Assembly (NCBI GenBank): GCA_963745035.1
Contig: CAVUVW010000021.1
Coordinates: forward strand, 192,001-256,000
Length of the DNA stretch: 64,000 nucleotides
Origin: an uncultured delta proteobacterium
Lineage (GTDB): Bacteria; Desulfobacterota; Binatia; UBA9968
Direction of reading: 5' to 3'
Shown here: positions 58,249-64,000 of the stretch, one piece after another
Layout of the letters: every line of letters begins with the position of its first letter
Numbering within the stretch: the stretch's first letter is position 1
Translations under genes and position numbers: made by a program
The notes under the pieces: model-generated
Database searches by the model: none
What the model was told of the DNA's origin: nothing
The model's input: only the letters and a program-made list of their open reading frames with translations

Positions 58249-59185
58249 ATGAAAATTCTGTTCTTCGATGATTTCAAGCTCGGCGTGCTGAAGGGCGATA
58301 GCGTGGTCGATGTTTCCGCGGCCGTGCGGGAGATTCCGCACACCGGGCCGCACGATCTGATCAGCGGGCTGATCGAGCGTTTCGCCGATTATCGCGCGGC
58401 GCTGGAGCGCGCTGCCGCGGGCGGCCAAGGCGTGCCGCTCGCCGGCGTGCGTATCCGCCCGCCGCTGCCCAGACCGGTGAACATCGACTGCATGGCCGTG
58501 AATTATATGGAAGACGGCACGCGCAAGGAGCCGGCGCCGATCAACGCGTTTCACAAATCCCCGGGATCGGTGATCGGCGATCATGACACGATGGTGCTGC
58601 CGGACGTGCCGGCGGCCATTTTCGAAGGGGAAGCGGAGATCGCGGTGGTCATCGGCAAGCGCGCCGCCACCGTGCCGGCCAGCCAGGCCATGGCGCATAT
58701 TTTCGGCTACATGAATTTCATCGACGGCTCGGCGCGCGGGCTGCCGCCGGCGGGAAACACGTTCTATCAGATGAAATCGCGCGCCACCTTCGCGCCACTG
58801 GGCCCATATATCGTGACCGCGGACGAAATCGCCGACCCGCACAATCTGCAGGTGCGTCTCTGGGTGAACGGCGCACTGATGCAGAATTACCACACGAGCG
58901 ACATGGCGCATAAAATCCCGCGCTGCATCGAATGGGTGAGCTCGATTCATGCGCTGGAGCCCGGCGACGTGCTCGCCTGCGGCACCAATCATCGGGGCCT
59001 GAACCCGTTTCAAGACGGCGATCTGGTCGAGCTCGAAACCGAGCCGTTGGGGCGGCTGCACGTGAAGATTCGCGACGATCTCAAGCGCACTTGGGCGCGG
59101 GAGACGCGGCTGCAAACGACAGGAAAAGGGTCTCGAAGGCTTCACACCGCAGCTTACCGGCAAATACGCCAAGCCGGGCGCATGA
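58249..59185 (+). CDS. fumarylacetoacetate hydrolase family protein, frameshift near 59114
   Basis: AVNY, FEGEAEIAVVIG, KSRATFAPLGP, LEPGDVLACGT; removing one A gives ...RQEKGLEGFTPQLTGKYAKPGA*. Confidence 0.88.
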
Positions 59186-59246
59186 GCTGCGCCGTTACTT
59201 TTGACTCATTGGAACGATGAGCGTTGCGCGGAACCGGAGGTTGACG

Positions 59247-60514
59247 ATGCTGTTTCGATTTTCGATAGGACGATGGAACGCCTTGTTTGTTCTCCCGGCC
59301 TTGCTGTTTGCGCCGATCATTACCAACGCCCAGGTGACCGTGCTCAGCCGCGCCACCTTGATCGACGGCGCGGGCGGCGCGCCGCAAAAAGAAGTCTCGA
59401 TCGTCATCGAAGGCGGACGCATCCGCGATCTCGGCCCTCGTCCAAGATCGCCGCGCCGCCGGGCGCGAGCGTAGTGAATGTTGCCGGGAAATTCGTCGTC
59501 CCCGGCATCATCAACGCCCATGGTCACGTGGGCGCTAAAACCGCCCCGCAGCTACGCCAGTATGCGCTTTATGGAGTGACCACGACGACGAGCATGCAGA
59601 CCGATCCGGACGAGGTGATTCAAGTGCGCGACGCGCAGAAGCGCGGCGAGCTCCGCGGCGCGCGCGTGTCGACCATCAAATATCGCTTCGCTCCCGATCC
59701 GGAGGTGACGACGCCCGAGCAGGCGCGCGCCAAAGTCGATGAGACCGTCGCCGCGGGCGCCGATTACATCAAATTGTGGGTGGACGGCGGCTTTGGCACC
59801 CGGGCCAAGCTCAGCCCGGAGTTTTGCGCCGCAGTTCTCGAACAGGCGCGCAAGCACGGCAAGCTTACCTTCGGCCATGCCTACGAGCTTGCCGACGCCA
59901 AGATGCTCGTGGAGCAGGGGTTGAACGTCTTGGCTCATAACATTCGCGACCGGGAAGTCGACGCCGAATTCATCGCGCTCGCAAAGCAAAAAAACGTCAC
60001 GTTGATCCCGACCCTGGTGCGCGACGAAGGATTGTTTATCTACGGCGAGACGCCGGCTTGGATCGACGATCCGTTTTTTCTCAAGTTCGTGCCGCCGGAG
60101 CGTCTCGCCGTCTTGAAGACCAAGATCCGCGACGAGCAGGCGAAGCACCCGCAGCGCGCGTTGTTCAAGGCCGGTTTCGAGATGAACAAGGTAAACCTAA
60201 AAAAATTATCCGATGCCGGCGTGCGCATCGCTTTCGGCACCGACAGCGGCGGCGCCGCCGACCGCTTTTTTATTCAGGGACACTCCGAGCACCGCGAGAT
60301 GGAGCTCATGATCCAGGCCGGCTTGACGCCGATGCAGGTCATTCAATCGTTTTCCAAAGGCGCCTCGGAGGCGCTGGGGATCAACAAGGAATTCGGCACC
60401 CTCGCCAAGGGCAAGGCCGCCGATCTGCTCGTGCTGGAGAAAAATCCGTTGGAGAACGTCGCCCACATGCGGTCGATTCAGACGATCTATCTCGGCGGAA
60501 AAAAGTTTGAATAG
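59247..60514 (+). CDS. exported amidohydrolase family protein, frameshifted near 59440
   Basis: Signal peptide + ATLIDGAG in one frame; PGIINAHGH, FGTDSG, GKAADLLVL in the next. Confidence 0.85.
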
Positions 60515-60655
60515 CGATACGTGAGTGGAGTGAATCCCCTCGACTGCGCTCAGGAATAAACTCCGTGAAGGTCTGCTTTCAAATTGAGTCATTACCCGAT
60601 GTCGTATCTCGAAGATGTTGCTCGACGATATACCGGCTCAGCTTCCGAAATACCC

Positions 60656-61786
60656 ATGTCTAATTTCTCAGGCCGCTGGTTTACTACGTTCGGCCCCATG
60701 GAGCTGATCGAGGAAGGCGCGCGCGTGCGCGGCTCTTATTCGATGCAGCAGAATAGCTGCTCGATCGAAGGAGCGATCCGCGACGGTAAATTTCATTTTA
60801 CCTACCGAGAGCCGAGAGCCGAAGGAGAGGGTTGGTTCGAGCTCGTGCGCCATGGACGATTCGCCGGGCAGTGGCGGCAAAAAGATTCGTCCACTTGGTC
60901 CTCGTGGCGCGGCGAGCGTGAATTCGAAGGAATTTGGGAGACCTCGTTCGGATTGCTGCGATTGGTGCAGGAGTCCGAGCGCGTCCTGGGATTTTACGAG
61001 GGCGCCGGGCCGTGCGCTCTCGAAGGGCGGCTGGAGCACAATCGACTTCAGTTTCGTTATCGTGAAGCGCGGGCGCAAGGAGAAGGCCGTTTCGAGCTCG
61101 CCCCCGACGCGACCCGCTTCGAAGGCGAGTGGCGCGCCGACGGCGCGGCACAATGGGCGCCGTGGCACGGCCGGCGTCTGGTCGGGCTGCCGGGCGCTGT
61201 TTGGCTCGTGGTGATCGAGGCCCATTGGCAGCGTTCCTATCTTGCCAAGGAATATGCTTTTGGCCACATGCTGCGCGAGTTTTTCAGCCGCTTGCCGCAT
61301 GTGAGCGTGCGGCAGCGATTTTTCGAGGACGAAACCGGACTGGAGCGCTGGTGCCGGGAGCTGATGTACATCCCTGAGCCAGTGGCGGTGGTGTTCGCGA
61401 GCCATGGCACGGCGGACGGTCTGACGGTTCACGGCAAGCCGTTTCCCACCGGCGCATTGGTGGAGAGCCTGCGCTACGCCGACAATGTTATCCTGCTGCA
61501 TTTTTCCTGCTGTCTGATGATGCAAGACGGCAAAGCCGGCGAGCTCGGGCGTGCGCTGCAAGAGACCGCGCGCTTTCCGATTTCCGGCTATGATCGAAGC
61601 GTCGATTGGGCGGCCAGCGCGCTGATCGAGTTTCACTATCTGGATATGATCTTGGGCCGCGGCCTTTTACCAGCGGACGCCGCCGACAACGTGCTCCGTC
61701 TCATCAGCTACGCCGGCGACAAAGACGTGCCGGGGTCGCCGTATCCCGCCGCCGGATTCCGCATCCTCTTGCCGAAGGCAAAATAA
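60656..61786 (+). CDS. hypothetical protein: two tandem beta-rich repeats + CHAT/caspase-like C-terminal domain
   Basis: FSGRWFTTFG / FEGIWETSFG repeats; VVFASHG and LLHFSCC motifs. Confidence 0.6.
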   Translation: MSNFSGRWFTTFGPMELIEEGARVRGSYSMQQNSCSIEGAIRDGKFHFTYREPRAEGEGWFELVRHGRFAGQWRQKDSSTWSSWRGEREFEGIWETSFGLLRLVQESERVLGFYEGAGPCALEGRLEHNRLQFRYREARAQGEGRFELAPDATRFEGEWRADGAAQWAPWHGRRLVGLPGAVWLVVIEAHWQRSYLAKEYAFGHMLREFFSRLPHVSVRQRFFEDETGLERWCRELMYIPEPVAVVFASHGTADGLTVHGKPFPTGALVESLRYADNVILLHFSCCLMMQDGKAGELGRALQETARFPISGYDRSVDWAASALIEFHYLDMILGRGLLPADAADNVLRLISYAGDKDVPGSPYPAAGFRILLPKAK

Positions 61787-61807
61787 AGCTCGTCTCGGAG
61801 CGATGCT

Positions 61808-63095
61808 ATGAAATCATTCCAGCTTTCGATCTTTTTTGTCGCCGGAGTGCTGCTTTGCAGCCCGGTTCTTGGCTTTGCCCAGCCGGCGGAGCCGGCATTG
61901 TCGCTGGCGAAGAAAGAAAAGCCGGCGCTGCTCGAAACGCTGCGGGAGCTGGTCTCGATCGAAAGTGGGAGCCGTGACTATGAAGGACTGAATAAACTGG
62001 CCGCACTGATCGCCGGACGTTTGCAAGCACTCGGCGGCAAGGTGGAGCTGATCGAGCCGCGCGACGTCTACAAAATGGAGGACACGCCGGAGAAGATCGG
62101 TAAGATGGTGCGCGCGACCTTCACCGGCGAGGGTTCCAGAAAAATTCTTCTGATCGCGCACATGGACACGGTGTATCCGCGCGGCATGCTCGCCAAGCAG
62201 CCGTTTCGGGTCGAAGGCGATCGCGCCTACGGCCTGGCTATCGCCGACGACAAGCAAGGAATCGCGGTGATCCTCCACACCTTGGCAATCCTGCAGGCGA
62301 TGAAGTACCGGGATTACGGCGCCGTGACGGTTCTCGTCAACGCCGACGAGGAGATCAGCTCGCCCGGCTCGCGCAGCCTGCTGGCGAAACTGGGCGCGGA
62401 ACATGACGCGACGTTTTCCCTGGAAGCGTCGCGCGCGGAGTCCGACAAAATTTCTCTGGCAACCAGCGGCATCGCCGCGATCACCCTCACGGTTAAAGGC
62501 CGCGCAGCGCACTCGGGCCAGGCGCCGGAGAAGGGAGTCAATGCGCTTTACGAGCTGGCGCATCAGGTGTTGCAGACCCGGGAGTTTTCCAATCCCGCGG
62601 TCGGCTTGAAGATGAACTGGACGCTCGCGAACGCGGGCACGACGCGCAACATGATTCCGCCCAGCGCGCAAGCGATCGCCGACGTGCGCGTGCTGCGCAG
62701 CGCCGACTACGACGAGATCGAAAAGAAAGTGCGCGAGGCGGTCAAGAAGCAACTGCTGCCCGACGCCAAGGTCGAGATGACCTTCGAGCGCCGGCGGCCG
62801 CCGCTGGAAGCGACCGCGGCGTCGCGCGCGCTCGCAAAGCATGCGCAGTCGATCTACCGCGAGCTTGGCAAGGAGTTGGTCGTGGACGATATTCCCGAAG
62901 GCGGCGGCACCGACGCCGCGTTCGCCGCGCTACACAGCAAAGCTCCCGTGATCGAGCGACTCGGCCTGCAGGGATATGGCGCCCATTCCGGCGATGCGGA
63001 GTATGTGCTGCTCGACTCTATCGAGCCGCGTCCTCTACCTGCTCGCTCGCCTGATTATGGATGTTGCTCAAGGCAAAGTCGCGCCCGCGCGCTGA
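61808..63095 (+). CDS. glutamate carboxypeptidase (CPG2-like M20 peptidase), frameshift near 63032
   Basis: Signal peptide; AHMDTVY, IADDK, ADEEISS, GGGTD, AHS; restored end PRLYLLARLIMDVAQGKVAPAR*. Confidence 0.9.
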
Positions 63096-63158
63096 ATCGG
63101 CAGTCGCCGGGAACGCGCGGCTCTTTTCTTGGTCCGGGAATTTGGCTAAGGCTAACCG

Positions 63159-63827
63159 ATGAAAAAATTCAGCGCGCAACTCAGGCGCGGCAGCGGGCGC
63201 ATCTGGCGCGCGATCGAAAATCATCCATTTCTCCGCGAGCTTCATGCCGGCAGCCTGCCGATGAATCGCTTCACGTACTTCATCCTGCAGGATTACGTTT
63301 ACCTCCTCGATTTCGCCCAGGTGCTTTGCCAGGGCGGAGCCAAGGCGCCGGATCTGAAGACGTTGGAAATGTTCGCGCGCCACGCCATCGGCGCGGTCGA
63401 GGTGGAACGGAGCTTTCACGCGAGCTTCGGAAAGACTCTCGGCTTATCGCAAAGAGCATTGGACGCAGTGCCGAAGGGGCCGGCGACCGAGGCTTACATC
63501 GGCCATCTCCAATCCGTCGCGCGCGGCGGCAGCCTCGGCGAATTGGTGGCGGCGGTTTTGCCCTGTTACTGGATCTACGGCGAGGCGGGGCGGCGTTTGT
63601 ACAAAGGACGGCCGCGCACGCCGAAGATTTACCGCAAGTGGATCGAGACCTACGCCGGCGAGGCATTCTGGCGACTCGTGCGCGAACAGATTCGCTTGAT
63701 GGACAGCCTTGGCGCGGCGGCGAGCGGGCGCGAGAGAAAACTCATGGCCGCGCATTTCATGCTCAGCAGCCGCTATGAGCTCATGTTCTGGGAGCAGGCG
63801 TACCGGTTACAGAGTTGGCCTGTGTAG
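63159..63827 (+). CDS. tenA: thiaminase II / TenA
   Basis: HPFL, YFILQDYVYL, LPCYWIY, YRKWIETY, YELMFWEQAY. Confidence 0.93.
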   Translation: MKKFSAQLRRGSGRIWRAIENHPFLRELHAGSLPMNRFTYFILQDYVYLLDFAQVLCQGGAKAPDLKTLEMFARHAIGAVEVERSFHASFGKTLGLSQRALDAVPKGPATEAYIGHLQSVARGGSLGELVAAVLPCYWIYGEAGRRLYKGRPRTPKIYRKWIETYAGEAFWRLVREQIRLMDSLGAAASGRERKLMAAHFMLSSRYELMFWEQAYRLQSWPV

Positions 63828-63838
63828 CTGCAAGCAGG

Positions 63839-63895
63839 TCGAGGATGGAGAATCGAGGATCGATTCGATCTTTCATCCTCTATCCTCGATCCTCG
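63839..63895. repeat. 7-bp-period GAGGAT inverted repeat (REP-like hairpin)
   Basis: GAGGAT/GAGAAT at 63841, 63848, 63855; inverse units at 63868, 63875, 63882, 63889. Confidence 0.75.
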
Positions 63896-64000
63896 GCTCG
63901 TCCGAGCGATCCCGTCTTGCGGAGCCGCGCGGCGGCCATGTGGCCTAAGCCGATCGTTGCAACGCCTAGCGCCAGATGCGCGACCTCAACGATCCAATGA

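Noticed and set aside
60520-60575. CCCTCGACTGCGCTCAGG REP-like remnant after the amidohydrolase
   Set aside because: Single degenerate copy in the window; not enough support to call
61808-63778. Apparent 656-aa carboxypeptidase fusion overlapping tenA
   Set aside because: One extra C near 63032 causes read-through; the restored frame stops at 63095 and tenA is a separate gene

Overview
GC-rich bacterial chromosomal segment. Gene content (LLM oxidoreductase, CoxG/M/S, UbiD, Bug/TctC-type binding protein, TAXI, PrkA-YeaH-SpoVR) resembles soil Deltaproteobacteria-like Ca. Binatia, which is an inference. Housekeeping and metabolic genes occupy about 1-12.2 kb and 32.3-64 kb. Between them lies a visibly lower-GC block (about 12.2-32.3 kb). 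It carries a solo dndB, an ABCD/YddA-type transporter, a PIG-L deacetylase, a methyltransferase and a ~14 kb minus-strand glycan-modification operon with a sigma54 promoter (GH-A/GT2 fusion, ABC exporter, three paralogous GT-B-like proteins, methyltransferases, an acyltransferase remnant, two GT-C enzymes). The most striking unexplained signal is an array of seven ACAGCTGT-like palindromes spaced 21-22 bp apart (two helical turns), preceded by a perfect IHF consensus, directly upstream of the orphan dndB. Also notable: an RSPP-ending leader ORF plus hairpins ahead of a cation/H+ antiporter, a CHAT/caspase-like fusion protein, and several families of short intergenic repeats. Many genes carry single-base frameshifts, probably long-read assembly errors. 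No rRNA, tRNA, CRISPR array, integrase or transposase was recognised.
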